A stretch of 64,000 nt of DNA from Eutreptiella sp. 'Long Island Sound 2002' (GCA_964036045.1 OZ038379.1:21576001-21640000), one strand, 5' to 3'. Positions 28,201 to 40,948 are shown, counted from the first letter of the stretch. Program-made: numbers and translations. Notes: a model not told the origin generated them from the sequence alone.

Positions 28201-29821
28201 TTTCTCCCAAAATGGTGATTCTATAGGGGTTTAAACATCCAATACCACACAGTGGGGTATGGTACACCAATACCTCCAAAATGGGGGGTATGTGGCTGGC
28301 ACGCCCGCGCTTTGATGTAACAACCCTCTTCGAGGTGATTTGTGCCCCGCACCTGGAGGACTTGGGCTTAGTGCACCTCAAACCTCAAACCTGAGCTCCC
28401 CCTCCCCGTGCGCACACACACCCAAAATTGCACACAGCCAGAAGGCACGCCTCTCCAAAACACAATAAAGTGAGTTGAACCAGAGGTACAAAATAGCAAA
28501 TCTACTCCACTTTTACGGTTCACCCCCACCCTCTCCCATCTCCCTGAGTCAATGTTGCCCCTCAAAATGATCACTTTGAAGAGTAATTGTGGTAGTTTCC
28601 CAGGCCTGCTGCACAAGTGCCAAGAGGGTATTCAGGCAACATTCCCGGCCGCATTCCTCAATGGTGAGACACAAGCCCTGAGGAGGAAGTCAGGTATGCA
28701 CACCCCCGGCCAAAGAATTGGCACCAAGAGGGAAACTACTGTTTGGCATATGGGGCAAACAGTGTAGTGCAATAGCACAGTGAACGTGCCGAATAGCCAT
28801 GCAAACGAGCCGGCAAGATCAAATGGTAGTGTCAGATTTACTTTTTGAGGCATAAATGACCAGAAATCGCAGGCTCTCCGAGCCAGCTTGTTGCACGGCA
28901 TTTGCCCACCACCCTAGGGAGAGTGCAGGCTAGGGAAGAGAGTTTCCCTGTGTTTTTTGCTGGGAATCAACGACTTTCACCTTGTTTGCCACTTCTCACT
29001 GTGACTTGACATGTATAAATTGGGGTCCATTTTGGGGAATACGGGCTCACAAGCATGACCCAGGCCCAAAAAGGCTTCAGATTGAGGGGAGGGGTGTGGG
29101 TGCTGGGCCTTGGGGGACCCTTCTCTTTGTGAACAGTTCCTGCAGTGCAAAATTGACACAAGGAAACGTAGCAAAAAAACATAGGAAGTACACCTTTTTG
29201 GTACATCTGGGCACATGAGCAAGCCTGTGAATCAGTTAAAACTGGACCCTACAGAAGATCTTCATGAGGATGCTACTTGAGCTGCTACTGACCAGATGTA
29301 TCAGTGAGGCGCCCAGAGTCCCTCTTCATGGGAACTGTTATGATCTGATTCAGAATTACCCCCACGTGCTCCCCCATACAACAAAAGCCCCATATTACTG
29401 TTGTAGATGCTTTAGAAAGTTGGAGGGGAGGTGGACTATGGGGAGGGGGGTGGGGGGCTTCCCCTTCTTTTCTTTTCGTTCTACAGCATGCCTACCCAGC
29501 CGCCTGTCCCATTCCAACCGGCTCACAAACGTGTCATCATACATCTTTGACCACAAACACTGCAGTAAAAAAAAAAAGACGCAGCCACACGTGCTTCGAC
29601 AAAGCCGTGCCAGGGCAAAAAGGTGAAGTGGGGGGCAGAATGTCTCCTGACGAGGGCCTGCGCGTTGAGCATATGAGCTTGCCACTTCCTGATTGCAGGT
29701 GGCATCGAATGGGCTTTGGGCTTTCCATTCATTGTTTTTGAGGGGGGTCAGCCCCGTTCCCCACCCTCTCACACACTTACACAGCGCAAGGGATCTGCAA
29801 AGAACTGGTCCACAGGGATAC

Positions 29822-30214
29822 CTTTGGACTTGAATCCCAGGCCTCCGACCAAATGCTCCGTCATTCTGTTCACTCGGCCATCGTCGCTCTGCAGCAGCCT
29901 GCGTGCAAACATACTGCCTTCAGAGTCACCCGCAGCTGCCTCCAGGAGCGCTTCAGCCCCAGCACTGGACCCAAACGTAACGCTGGCGTTGACACTCTGC
30001 AAAAGCGCCGTGGAGCCGTTGCTACGGAGGGCACCAGCGAACACAGTCTTGGAGAGCGCGAAGCTGATGTTGCCGGCGCTCTGCATTCCCAAACCGGCAA
30101 CAAAGTGGCTGACAAGGCCCGCAGTGCCAGCCATGAAGTCCAGCGTGTCCTTGTCAGAGTACTTTCCTGTGAACATCGCCCGCGCTCCCGCCGTCATGTT
30201 GATGATGCCCGAGC
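29822..30214 (-). CDS. Exon of giant repeat gene
   Basis: tttttcatctgcag|GC TCG GGC ATC ... AAG TCC AAA G|gtatcc; 393 nt, phase 1->1; contains ARRLLQ; joins FKSKG|NISM. Confidence 0.9.
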
Positions 30215-31202
30215 CTGCAGATGAAAAAGGTGACAAAAATAGACCCACGAGCACACACATGAACGTATTCCTCCACGTAGCATACTAAATGTCGGCGCTC
30301 GCTTCCCGCACCTGCTGTCCATGGCCATGCCAGCCAAATCAGTGCCGGCCTATGGCCTCCACCAACAACGAATGAATGGAAGGTGCGTTGCAGTGTAGCT
30401 TGTGTTGTTTGGGCATTGTGGTGTTGCAGGATCTGACCTCGTGTTGCCTGCTGTGTTGCAGCTGTGTGCTCTTTGTTGTTGGTGTTGTTTGGGTGGCACA
30501 CATACTCAGTACATTTAGATTCCACTCTGCGGCTGTTCCTGTCTGCATGCTGGTCACCACAAACACACAGACACACGCACATACACGCATACTCACACAC
30601 GCACGCACACACGAAAGCACTGAAATCAATTTGTAAACACCCGGCACCACGATTACGAAAAAAACAAACACAACCCGAACTTAGACAAACTTGAGTGCCA
30701 GCAGAACAGCACGACAAAAAACACCGAACAACACCGTGAGTGATCTTACGACAGCAATGCGCACACCCCTGCAACAAAAAGGGGCAGTACAAGAAGTTAC
30801 ATCCCCGACGACGCCCAAACAACCTAATAGCAATGACAGAAAGCACGCAACATGAATGCAGCCGGCATGAGGACGCATGCAGATGACAAGGTGGGGATCG
30901 CAAGAGGAATGGGAGCCTGTATTCCCCGATACTCAACTTGAAGCTGTCCCAAGTCCTGTGGGGCCGCAGCAAAACAACACAGCAAATGGTCAGTTTTCTG
31001 TGGGACCATTTTTGGTTATGTGAATCTGGGGCAAAAGATTGGCACCATGCAGACTGGTGGTACTGGCAAACAGTGGCACATGAAACAAACATGGACCTGT
31101 TGTTAAGTTCCCAAGCAATGCCATGCAATGCCATGCCACTTAGACAGCACAATACGGCAACACAACACATTACATCACAACGCAACACAGCACAGCACAG
31201 CA

Positions 31203-31453
31203 CCTGTGACACCTAGCACCTGTGACACCTGTGACACCTGTGACACCTGTGACACGAGTGGCACTTGTGACACTTGTGGTACCTGTGACACTTGTGCCAC
31301 GTGTCACACTTGTGACACCTTTGACACTTGTGACACTTGTGACACCTTTGACGCTGGTGACACTTGTGACACTTGTGACACTTGTGACACCTGTGACACC
31401 TGTGACACGTCTGACACTTGTGACACATCTGACACTTGTAACACATGTGACAC
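31203..31453. repeat. 9-bp minisatellite (GTGACAC[C/T]T)n
   Basis: Direct reading of tandem gtgacacct/gtgacactt units. Confidence 0.9.
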
Positions 31454-31919
31454 CTCAGCGTGTTCCGAATCAGGCAACTGTGGACTCTCCAGTGGTCAGA
31501 CCCGGTGGGCTGTGAGAGCTTCCTGGCTCTCCGTCAACAATTGCACTGTTTGTGATTCATCAAACCAGACCAATGTGCTTCAATCTGTTAGGGCAAGGGC
31601 GGGGAGTGGTTCTGAGCATGGATAACACCAGCGGGTGCGCGCGTTGTGCGTCTGAGGTGAACTCCACTGGCCCCCGACATGCCGGGGCCCTTCGGCGGGG
31701 GCCAGTGTCTCCGAGCGTCCGCTCACCAGCCTATCAATGACATTGCTTGGTCCAGGCGCCCTCTCATCAGCGCCATGCATGGTGCCACAGCCCTCCTCAC
31801 CTGGGGCTCGTCTCATCGGAGTGTGTGGGTGTGTACCGGCTGGACGTTCTGCCGATGGACGTCCTGGGACGGACCAGCGGACGATGGCTCCAGCACACCA
31901 TGGCATGACATGACATGAC

Positions 31920-32178
31920 ATGTGACACCTGTGACACTTGTGGCACTTGTGACACGTGTGACACTTGTGGCACTTGTGACACGTGTGACACTTGTGATAC
32001 ATGTGACACTATGATACACATGTGATACTTGTGACACCTGTGACACCTGTTATACTTGTGAAACATGTGACACTTGTGACACTTGTTACACTTATGACAC
32101 CTGTGACACCTGCAACACTTGGGACACTTGTGACACCTATGACACTTGTGACACTTGTGACTGACACCCGTGACACCT
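31920..32178. repeat. Second block of the same 9-bp minisatellite, more degenerate
   Basis: gtgacacct/gtgacactt/gtggcactt/gtgatacat units. Confidence 0.88.
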
Positions 32179-32519
32179 GTTTGTCTAGATGGTTTCGGAG
32201 TCACTGAAGGTCTAGCTCGCCCACGCTAACGCTGGAGGAGGCCGCGCGGGGCCACGGGACACTATGGCGTGGGTGTTGCGAGAACTCCAACTGCACCAAC
32301 AGGCAGAGTAGCAAGGAGTCCCAGGGGGGGGGGGGGGGGCTGAACTGAGGCCGCCGTATGAGGGGACAGCTCCTACCCTGTCACAGGTGTGCAACACACC
32401 ACACGCAGCATGCGCTTGGACACACGGCCCTCCCATTTTGCAAGGCATTCTGGGCCATTTCCATTTGGCAACGGCGCCTTCGGCACACCACACCACACCA
32501 CAACACAGCACAACTACTG

Positions 32520-33120
32520 AAAGAGTCCCACTACCCACTGCTGCCCAGAAGTGTGACAGTGTGGCAGTGTATTGAAGGAGTCACGCTGCCCACTACTCCC
32601 CGGTAGTGTGGCAGTTTGCAAAAGGAGCTCCACTGCCCAATGCTCCCCGGCAGTGTGGCAGTGTACAAAAGGAGTCCCACTGCCCACTACTCAAAGGACA
32701 GGAGGAGTTCCACTACCCATTGCCCCAAGGCAGTAAGGCAAAGGCCAAAAAAAAATACACTGCCCATTGCCCCAAGGCAGTGAGGCAGTGTACCGCAGGA
32801 GTTCCACTGCCCACTGTTCCAGGGCAGTGAGGCAAGTGTCCAGCAAGAGTTCCACAGCCCCCCACCCCAAAGCAGTGCGGCAGTGACCAAAAGGAGATCC
32901 ACTACGCATTGCCCCAAGGCAGTAAGACAGTGTACAAAAGGAGATCCACTGCCCACTGCCCGGAGCAGTGCGGTAGTGTACTGAAGGAGTACCATTGCTG
33001 ACTGCCCCACAGCAGTCAAGCAATGTACAACATGAGCTCCACTTCCCACTGCCCCCGGGCAGTGTGGCAGTCTATGGAAGGATCCCCACTGCCCACTGCG
33101 CATTGCAGTGTGGCAGTGTA
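32520..33120. repeat. Degenerate ~50-bp satellite with internal CACTGCC...GGCAGTG inverted motif
   Basis: About 12 diverged units like ggagtcccactgcccactgccccagggcagtgtggcagtgtacaaaa. Confidence 0.75.
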
Positions 33121-34639
33121 CTCAAGGTTCTCAGCCGCCCAAGAGCCAGGCTCAAAACTGCCCGACCAGGGCCCGGAGGTGCATAGGCGGCGAGAATTCC
33201 AGTAGCACCATCAAGTAGAGGGGCAGGGTGTCCCCAAGGCAGCCTTGGAAAGCAGCCGCCCAGCGCCAGAGAGAAGGATGGCCCTCTGCCACAGGTGCAC
33301 AACACACTACACACCGCCGGCCTTTACACACGCAGCCCTCCAGGCTTGCATTTTCCCGCATGCAAGACCATCCCAACCATTGCCTTTTCGTAATAGCACC
33401 TTCGGCACACCACACCACACCACACCACACCACGGCACAGCCTGAGTACTCCCCAGCTCTACCCATGGGCTGGGTGCCGGGTGCGAAGCCCCGGACGACA
33501 GGGCCCGGGCACTGCCAATAGGCGGTGTACTAACAGTGTCGGGTGCGCGCACGTCCCAGTGCCAAGCACCATCCCCAGGGACCCCGCGGCCCCTAGTACC
33601 GGCCGCCTTGGCCCTGGGAACGGTCAGCGACCCCCCGTAGAAGACGGCTGACCAAGCCTCCCCCTCCTCTCTTCCCCTACGCGCCCGCCCACGCACCGGG
33701 CCCAAACCGAAGCCCAGACACGCGCCCCTCCTGGCGCTCCTGCCCCAGCCCCCCCCACGGCCGCCCCTCCGCATGCCCCGTCGGCCCCTCCCCCCTGTGC
33801 TGCCTCCTCTCCTCGCCCCCTGCTGCCTCACCCATCCCAAAACCCTCCCTGACCCTACTCCTCTTGCAGGCTGGCAGCGCCTGAGCGGCGCGCCCCCAGG
33901 GCCCCGCATCGGCGGCCGGCCGCGTGAGGGTGTCAGCCACACCGAGGAGGCCCCTATGCGGGGGCTTCAATGGCGCAGCAGGGTCAACAGGGGTATGATG
34001 GGGGTGTGAGTGGGTGAGATTTTATGAGAGACAGTCTATGAGAATGAGTTTATGAGAAACAGTCCCTGTCGCCGTCCGGCTGGACGCCCCGGTATCGGTA
34101 TCCAACATCCTTTAGGTACGGTATAAGGCCCCCCGGCCACCACCCCGGCGCCAACACCAGGGAGGGCGTCCGGGAGGGGTAACAGCCCCCGATCCCCCAG
34201 AGGCAGCCCCAAAGGTGAGCGCACCACTGGAGGGGCATGTCTGCGGGGTAAACAAATGCGCTGAGTAAAACCCTAATGTAATAATTAGTGCCTACTGCCA
34301 TAAGTAATGCTTAACCGGGTAAAACGGCCCTCTCCCGGTGCCGGTTTAGTGCGCAGCCCCCAGAGCCGGACCCGACCGGCCGTACTGAGGCGAGCCCAGA
34401 AATGGGTATGGCAGGCCAGACTTTAAGTGCTGGTAGCCACGCCTCAGTACACTCCGTGGGCTCATAAGGCCCACGGGGGCCCCAAACACCGTTACGTTCG
34501 GGAGTTAAGCCCCGGCGGTGTTTGGGGTTGTTCCTGGTTAAGAGGACTCACGTTGAGTCCCAGATACTGTTACCCCGGGGTTATGACCCCCGGTACTGCC
34601 TGCTTACTTGCCTGCTGCTGCTAAGAGGTAGGAGGGAGT

Positions 34640-36870
34640 ACCCACGGGTCCTGCCGGAGGCTCCGAACACACCCTGGGCTGGGCTCCCCGTCCCCCCCAG
34701 GCCGGTGCGCCCGGTTCTCCGAAGATACTGGCCCCCCACTGGCCTTGCAGGAGGCTCCGAACACCCCCTGGGCAGGACTCCCCGTCCCCCCCAGGCCGGT
34801 GCGCCCGGTTCTCCGAAGATACTGGCCCCCCACTAGCCTTGCAGGAGGCTCCGAACACCCCCTGGGCAGGACTCCCCGTCCCCCCCGGGCCGGTGCGCCC
34901 GGTTCTCTAAAGAAGATGGCCCCCCATTGGCCTGGCAGGAGGCTCCGAACACCCCCTGGGCAGGACTCCCCGTCCCCCCCAGGCCGGTGCGCCCGGTTCT
35001 CTGAAGAAGATGGCCCCCCATTGGCCTGGCAGGAGGCTCCGAACACCCCCTGGGCAGGACTCCCCGTCCCCCCCGGGCCGGTGCGCCCGGTTCTCTGAAG
35101 AAGATGGCCCCCCATTGGCCTGGCAGGAGGCTCCGAACACCCCCTGGGCAGGACTCCCCGTTCCGCCCAGGCCGGTGCGCCCGGTTCTCTGAAGAAGATG
35201 GCCCCCCACTGGCCGTGCAGGAGGCTCCGAACACCCCCTGGGCAGGACTCCCCGTCCCCCCCGGGCCGGTGCGCCCGGTTCTCTGAAGAAGATGGCCCCC
35301 CATTGGCCTGGCAGGAGGCTCCGAACACCCCCTGGGCAGGACTCCCCGTCCCCCCCAGGCCGGTGCGCCCGGTTCTCTGAAGAAGATGGCCCCCCATTGG
35401 CCTGGCAGGAGGCTCCGAACACCCCCTGGGCAGGACTCCCCGTCCCCCCCGGGCCGGTGCGCCCGGTTCTCTGAAGAAGATGGTCCCCCATTGGCCTGGC
35501 AGGAGGCTCCGAACACCCCCTGGGCAAGACTCCCCGTTCCGCCCAGGCCGGTGCGCCCGGTTCTCTGAGGAAGATGGCCCCCCACTGGCCGTGCAGGAGG
35601 CTCCGAACACCCCCTGGGCAGGACTCCCCGTCCCCCCCGGGCCGGTGCGCCCTGTTCTCTGAAGAAGATGGCCCCCCATTGGCCTGGCAGGAGGCTCCGA
35701 ACACCCCCTGGGCAGGACTCCCCGTCCCCCCCAGGCCGGTGCGCCCTGTTCTCTGAAGAAGATGGCCCCCCATTGGCCTGGCAGGAGGCTCCGAACACCC
35801 CCTGGGCAGGACTCCCCGTCCCCCCCAGGCCGGTGCGCCCGGTTCTCTGAAGAAGATGGCCCCCCACTGGCCGTGCAGGAGGCTCCGAACACCCCCTGGG
35901 CAGGACTCCCCGTTCCGCCCAGGCCGGTGCGCCCGGTTCTCTGAAGAAGATGGCCCCCCACTGGCCGTGCAGGAGGCTCCGAACACCCCCTGGGCAGGAC
36001 TCCCCGTCCCCCCCGGGCCGGTGCGCCCGGTTCTCTGAAGAAGATGGCCCCCCATTGGCCTGGCAGGAGGCTCCGAACACCCCCTGGGCAGGACTCCCCG
36101 TCCCCCCCAGGCCGGTGCGCCCGGTTCTCTGAAGAAGATGGCCCCCCATTGGCCTGGCAGGAGGCTCCGAACACCCCCTGGGCAGGACTCCCCGTCCCCC
36201 CCGGGCCGGTGCGCCCGGTTCTCTGAAGAAGATGGTCCCCCATTGGCCTGGCAGGAGGCTCCGAACACCCCCTGGGCAAGACTCCCCGTTCCGCCCAGGC
36301 CGGTGCGCCCGGTTCTCTGAGGAAGATGGCCCCCCACTGGCCGTGCAGGAGGCTCCGAACACCCCCTGGGCAGGACTCCCCGTCCCCCCCGGGCCGGTGC
36401 GCCCTGTTCTCTGAAGAAGATGGCCCCCCATTGGCCTGGCAGGAGGCTCCGAACACCCCCTGGGCAGGACTCCCCGTCCCCCCCAGGCCGGTGCGCCCGG
36501 TTCTCTGAAGAAGATGGCCCCCCATTGGCCTGGCAGGAGGCTCCGAACACCCCCTGGGCAGGACTCCCCGTCCCCCCCGGGCCGGTGCGCCCGGTTCTCT
36601 GAAGAAGATGGCCCCCCATTGGCCTGGCAGGAGGCTCCGAACACCCCCTGGGCAGGACTCCCCGTTCCGCCCAGGCCGGTGCGCCCGGTTCCCTGAGGAA
36701 GGTGGCCCCCCATTGGCCTTGCAGGAGGCTCCGAACACCCCCTGGGCAGGACTCCCCGTCCCCCCCGGGCCGGTGCGCCCGGTTCTCTGACAACGGCGGA
36801 CTCCCATAGGCCTGGCAGGAGGCTCCGAACACCCCCTGGGCAGGGCTCCCCGTCCCCCCCAGCCAGGTGC
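34640..36870 (+). repeat. 94-bp tandem monomer array (~24 copies) upstream of retrotransposon ORF1
   Basis: Unit ggcaggaggctccgaacaccccctgggcaggactccccgtcccccccaggccggtgcgcccggttctctgaagaagatggccccccattggcct; shadow ORFs are spaced exactly 94 bp apart. Confidence 0.95.
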
Positions 36871-37345
36871 GCCCGGCTTCAGGGGAAACAATGGCTCCCC
36901 ACGAGCCTAGCGGAGGGCTCTAACCACCCCTTGGGCTGGACTCCCCGCCCCCCCAGGCTGGTCTGTAGAGGGTGGCAGCCCCCCCACGGGCCTGGCAGGA
37001 TGCCCCGACCACCCCAGTGGGCTGAGCACCCCCCTGCTCCCCCCGGCCGGGAGTGCCCGGTGGACGTGGAGGCGCAACCCCCCGGCAACACATCTCCCCC
37101 CCCCCCGGACCCAGGTGCCCCAGTGTGCGAGGCAGCAGCCAACGAGTAGCGCGCAGGGGCGCGTTTCCGGATAGATTCTAGTGTACGGGCCCGTAAGGCC
37201 GGCCGCCGTAGGCCACCAACGCGCGAGCGAGAGCAGGTTCCGGCGCCTGAGCACTGGGCGACCCGGAGGAAGGGATACGCAGTGCCCATGCATGGGCTTC
37301 CGGCCTGCGACTCCCTGCCCTTGCTCTGCAGCCCAGTGACACAAC

Positions 37346-40300
37346 ATGTTCCCGTCGACGCCCGCAACTCCTTACATGCAGCGCCCTCCTATCCCCGGAG
37401 GCCCGCCTGCACCACACCCCGCGGGGTCCCCGGCTTTTGCCGCCCCCCCCCTCCCCCACTATACCCACACCCCATACGCGCCCCACCAACGGCTCGTGGA
37501 GGTTCACTCCCAGCCAGCGTACCCCGCCTATTACCTGCGGGAGCCGCGGTATGGGCTTCCCCCGCCCCCCCCGCCGCCCTCGCCGCTCCCGACAGTACCG
37601 CCCCCGGACCACCGTGACCTGGAGTTGGCCTACCTACGGGGCCACGTGGCAGGCCTGGACCGCCGCACCGAGGGGCCTCCGCCCCCTAAGGAGGCGGCGC
37701 AGAGGGCGCCCCCGGCGCCGCAGGCCCCTGCCCCCGACGCGGTCGGCGAGGCGACGCCGGCACTGCTGCTGGCACCGGCGAGGGAGACGGAGCCCAGGCA
37801 AGACCGCCGGCCCCCGGCACCTACGGAGCCGCCACGCCGGCCCCAGGGCGCAACCTACCGGAGGTCCCGCTCCCCCACACGGGACCTACGCGACGATCGC
37901 CGAGACCACGGCCGTACAAGCCCTGGAAGAGGAGGCCGCACGGCCCACCGCCGGCCCTACCGCTCCCCAGAGCGGTACTACCAGCGCCGGTCCGAGGAGC
38001 GCCCCTCCGGACACCGAGCCCCCGCCGCTAGAGGTAGAGACCATACCCCCGACCGCCGGGATAACCGCTCCCGTCGTGACCCGCCCGGATCAGCCCCCGG
38101 GCTGGGCCGGGAGCGACGAGACCCCGACGACCGGCGCGGGTACCGCTCCCCCAGCCCGGATACCGCTAGACGCCTGAGGTATGATGCGCCAGATGCGGGG
38201 CGCCGGCCGCAGTGGGAGCCCCGTACGGCTCCCGACGCCCAACCCCCGCATGTCCCGAGGGACAAGCCCCCGCGCAAGCGGCAGCGCCATAACAAGGAAG
38301 GCAGACAGCCTGCGGCGCAGTCGCCCGCGGGCACCCCGCACAGGCTACCGGTGCACGCTCTGGCGGGGACCCAAACGACGCCGGGCCTCCTGGCCCCTTG
38401 TGCACAGCAGGCACGACTGCCACAGGACGGCGCCCCCCGCACGCCCCAGAAGCACCGTACCGGTGTCACGCAAACCACCCCGGGCCTCCGGGGCCCGGGC
38501 TACGCCTCCCCGAGCGGGGCAATGAAAGCCCCCCAGCAGCCCCGCGCCGCGGACCCTCCGACCGTCCTGCACATCCGGCGCCTCCCCACAGGGTGGTCCC
38601 GCCGTCACCTGGCGGACCGTTTCATGTGGCTGGATGGGGCGGAGGGGGTGGCGGAGGCCTTTTATGGAGGAGAAAACCACGGGTACCTGACCTTCCGCGC
38701 CCACACGCAGGCGCTGGCGGCGTGTGCGGTAGTCAGCGCTGCCCTGGGTACGGTAGCGCCCCCGCCCGGCCGCCTGCCGGCGGCAGTCCATTGTGTCAAC
38801 CGCAGTGTCATCCGGGACCTCACCGTGCACACACAACGGGACGCCCCGGGCGAGGAGCGGCACGACACGCCGTCCGCCGGGGCTGCCCCCCCGCGCATGG
38901 ACCGCCCCTCCCTCACCGAGGATGACGTCCGGCGCCTCATAGCCGATGCCGTGGGCGGAACGCAGCAGGTGGTACATCCAAGGCCGCAGAAGCCCGCCCG
39001 GGCGCCCACAGCCGACGGGGTCGGTGGCGCCGGCCGCCCCCTACCCCGAGGCCCCCCTCCGGCGCAACAGGCGCCCATCTCCCGGGAAAGAGACCCAGCG
39101 TTGCCTGGGGGCGGGGCAGCCCCTGAGCGAAGCCCAGAGGTCACCGCGGCTCGGGTGAGCCCGCCTGCGCGGCCGCGAGCCGCAGCCAAAGGCCGTACCA
39201 GCCAGCTTAGCCGGCGTATCCTGGCGGCTACCGGGACGCCTAGTGACCCCGGCCAACCGGCTGCCGGGCATGCCAGCGCAGGGCCCCCCCGGCCCGGCCC
39301 CTCGGATGTGGCAGCTGAAGGCGTGTCCCAGGACCTCTTGGGCGCAGATTGCCAGGAGGAGGGCCATCAGCAAGCCCTCGCCAGCGCCCCAGAGGCCCCT
39401 GCGGCCCACCCCCAGGCGCCCGCTGGCAATCCCATGACCGCCCAGGCCCACGACGGTGCTGAGGCCTCAGCTCCCCCGACGGGGGGCCACCCCCCGGAGG
39501 GACCCGCCCTGGATTGGTGTACAGTCTGTCGCTTCTGGCGCCCCAGCCCATGCGACCAGTGCCCCCCGCAGGGAGCCCCCCAGGAGGAAGACGAGGCTGC
39601 GGAGCTGGCCCCGGAAGGAGAACGGGAGCTAGGGCCCCGTGAGACCTCGCCCGCTCTCGAAACTCCTACTTCGCACGCGGCGGATGACCCTCCGCCCCCC
39701 CCCATCGATGTGGATGCGTCCCAGGGCACGGCCACCCAGCTGGCTGGCCTCCTGGATGATGAAGCGGGCGCCCTCAGCCCGCTGGAGCCCCTACCGCCGG
39801 CGGTAGAGTTGGATGACGACCCTGCACCGCCGGCAGCCGGCCGCGCCGACAGCCCGCCGGGCGAGCTGGGCCCGCACGAGTCCCGCCTGGCGGCGCTCAT
39901 CGCCGATACTGCCCTGGAGGAGGCGAACCCCTGCAAGGCCCTGGACGTCGCTGTCTTCCTGGACAGCAAACGCCTGTCGGCGGTGGGACGCCGCATGCGG
40001 GCGGCGGGCCAGGACACCACCCCCGTCCCCGGCCCCCATTCCCCGGAGGGAGACGGCCTCCCTCCCCTCCTGGCCCAGTATGCCAAGAGGACCCGCGAGC
40101 TGCTCCAGCTCGTGGGCTATATCCTGGGGGTCCCCTCCTTCTCCCTCTCCAGCTGGGAGGGAGATGCCATCCCGGCTCCTCACCCGCCGGGACTTGGGAT
40201 CACGGTGTATTACGTGATCGAGGGGAGGGTGCAGCTCCGCCTCCCCACCCCCGAGGGCGGCTCGCGCCCTGGGTGGTGGCTCCAGGCCATGGCATATGCG

Positions 40301-40948
40301 TATGCCTGGTCTGCCCCACCCCCGCCCCGGGCGGTCCCCCCGGATACCAGGGCCCTGGTGCTGATATGCCAGAGCTCGGTACATGTCCCCCGGGGCGCGC
40401 CGGCCACCGCCCCCCCCCCCCCCCGGTCCAAAATCTGCGTCAAGCGCGGGGACCGGTACACCCCGGTCGACACGGCGAGCATGGACCTCGGGGACCACAG
40501 GGCCACCCTCACCCCACCCGGAGGCAACCCCCTGGCCATCGCTACGCCCATGGTGGCCAGGGCCACCTACGACAGGGCTCGGGGGGGACTCGTCATCGTC
40601 CCCTCGGCCCTACGGGCCCAGCAGCTCCGCGACGCCGACTGGAAGGGATGGAGCGCCTCGTGGGTCAGCTACGCCCGGGCCCTCCAGCCGGCCAAGCCGG
40701 TCGGCTTCAAGGTCCTGGGGGCGCGGGCCCCGGCCCTACGAGACTGGGTGCTCCCCAGACTCACGGGCGAACGGCCAGCGGGGACTCCCTCCCTGACCAC
40801 GGTGTTTGGCCTCATCGGGCGTGACCTGCGGGCAGCCCAGGAGGCAGCTGGCGGCTCGGCCACACACGCCGACCCCCAGGGCGGGCCCACTTCCTCAGAG
40901 CCGGACCCGGAGCCGGAGCACCCCACTCCCTCACAATCCCAGAATTGA
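37346..40948 (+). CDS. LINE ORF1 (1200 aa): Pro/Arg-rich with an RRM-like domain and a CxxC...CxxC cluster
   Basis: Intact ORF. RNP2-like VLHIRRLP and RNP1-like HGYLTF; WCTVCRFWRPSPCDQCP; lies directly 5' of ORF2. Confidence 0.78.
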   Translation: MFPSTPATPYMQRPPIPGGPPAPHPAGSPAFAAPPLPHYTHTPYAPHQRLVEVHSQPAYPAYYLREPRYGLPPPPPPPSPLPTVPPPDHRDLELAYLRGHVAGLDRRTEGPPPPKEAAQRAPPAPQAPAPDAVGEATPALLLAPARETEPRQDRRPPAPTEPPRRPQGATYRRSRSPTRDLRDDRRDHGRTSPGRGGRTAHRRPYRSPERYYQRRSEERPSGHRAPAARGRDHTPDRRDNRSRRDPPGSAPGLGRERRDPDDRRGYRSPSPDTARRLRYDAPDAGRRPQWEPRTAPDAQPPHVPRDKPPRKRQRHNKEGRQPAAQSPAGTPHRLPVHALAGTQTTPGLLAPCAQQARLPQDGAPRTPQKHRTGVTQTTPGLRGPGYASPSGAMKAPQQPRAADPPTVLHIRRLPTGWSRRHLADRFMWLDGAEGVAEAFYGGENHGYLTFRAHTQALAACAVVSAALGTVAPPPGRLPAAVHCVNRSVIRDLTVHTQRDAPGEERHDTPSAGAAPPRMDRPSLTEDDVRRLIADAVGGTQQVVHPRPQKPARAPTADGVGGAGRPLPRGPPPAQQAPISRERDPALPGGGAAPERSPEVTAARVSPPARPRAAAKGRTSQLSRRILAATGTPSDPGQPAAGHASAGPPRPGPSDVAAEGVSQDLLGADCQEEGHQQALASAPEAPAAHPQAPAGNPMTAQAHDGAEASAPPTGGHPPEGPALDWCTVCRFWRPSPCDQCPPQGAPQEEDEAAELAPEGERELGPRETSPALETPTSHAADDPPPPPIDVDASQGTATQLAGLLDDEAGALSPLEPLPPAVELDDDPAPPAAGRADSPPGELGPHESRLAALIADTALEEANPCKALDVAVFLDSKRLSAVGRRMRAAGQDTTPVPGPHSPEGDGLPPLLAQYAKRTRELLQLVGYILGVPSFSLSSWEGDAIPAPHPPGLGITVYYVIEGRVQLRLPTPEGGSRPGWWLQAMAYAYAWSAPPPPRAVPPDTRALVLICQSSVHVPRGAPATAPPPPRSKICVKRGDRYTPVDTASMDLGDHRATLTPPGGNPLAIATPMVARATYDRARGGLVIVPSALRAQQLRDADWKGWSASWVSYARALQPAKPVGFKVLGARAPALRDWVLPRLTGERPAGTPSLTTVFGLIGRDLRAAQEAAGGSATHADPQGGPTSSEPDPEPEHPTPSQSQN

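Noticed and set aside
26900-29250. Lower-GC intronic block as a transposase gene
   Set aside because: Only short ORFs with no recognisable DDE or other motif and no clear termini.
34640-36870. CRISPR array or VNTR-type prokaryotic system
   Set aside because: The repeats are contiguous with no unique spacers, there are no cas genes, and the context is an intron-containing eukaryote. The same applies to the 62-bp repeat.
34621-36891. 600-750 aa minus-strand ORFs and serial 60-aa plus ORFs
   Set aside because: They are products of a stop-poor 94-bp repeat; the period is not a multiple of 3, so all frames give the same cyclic peptide.
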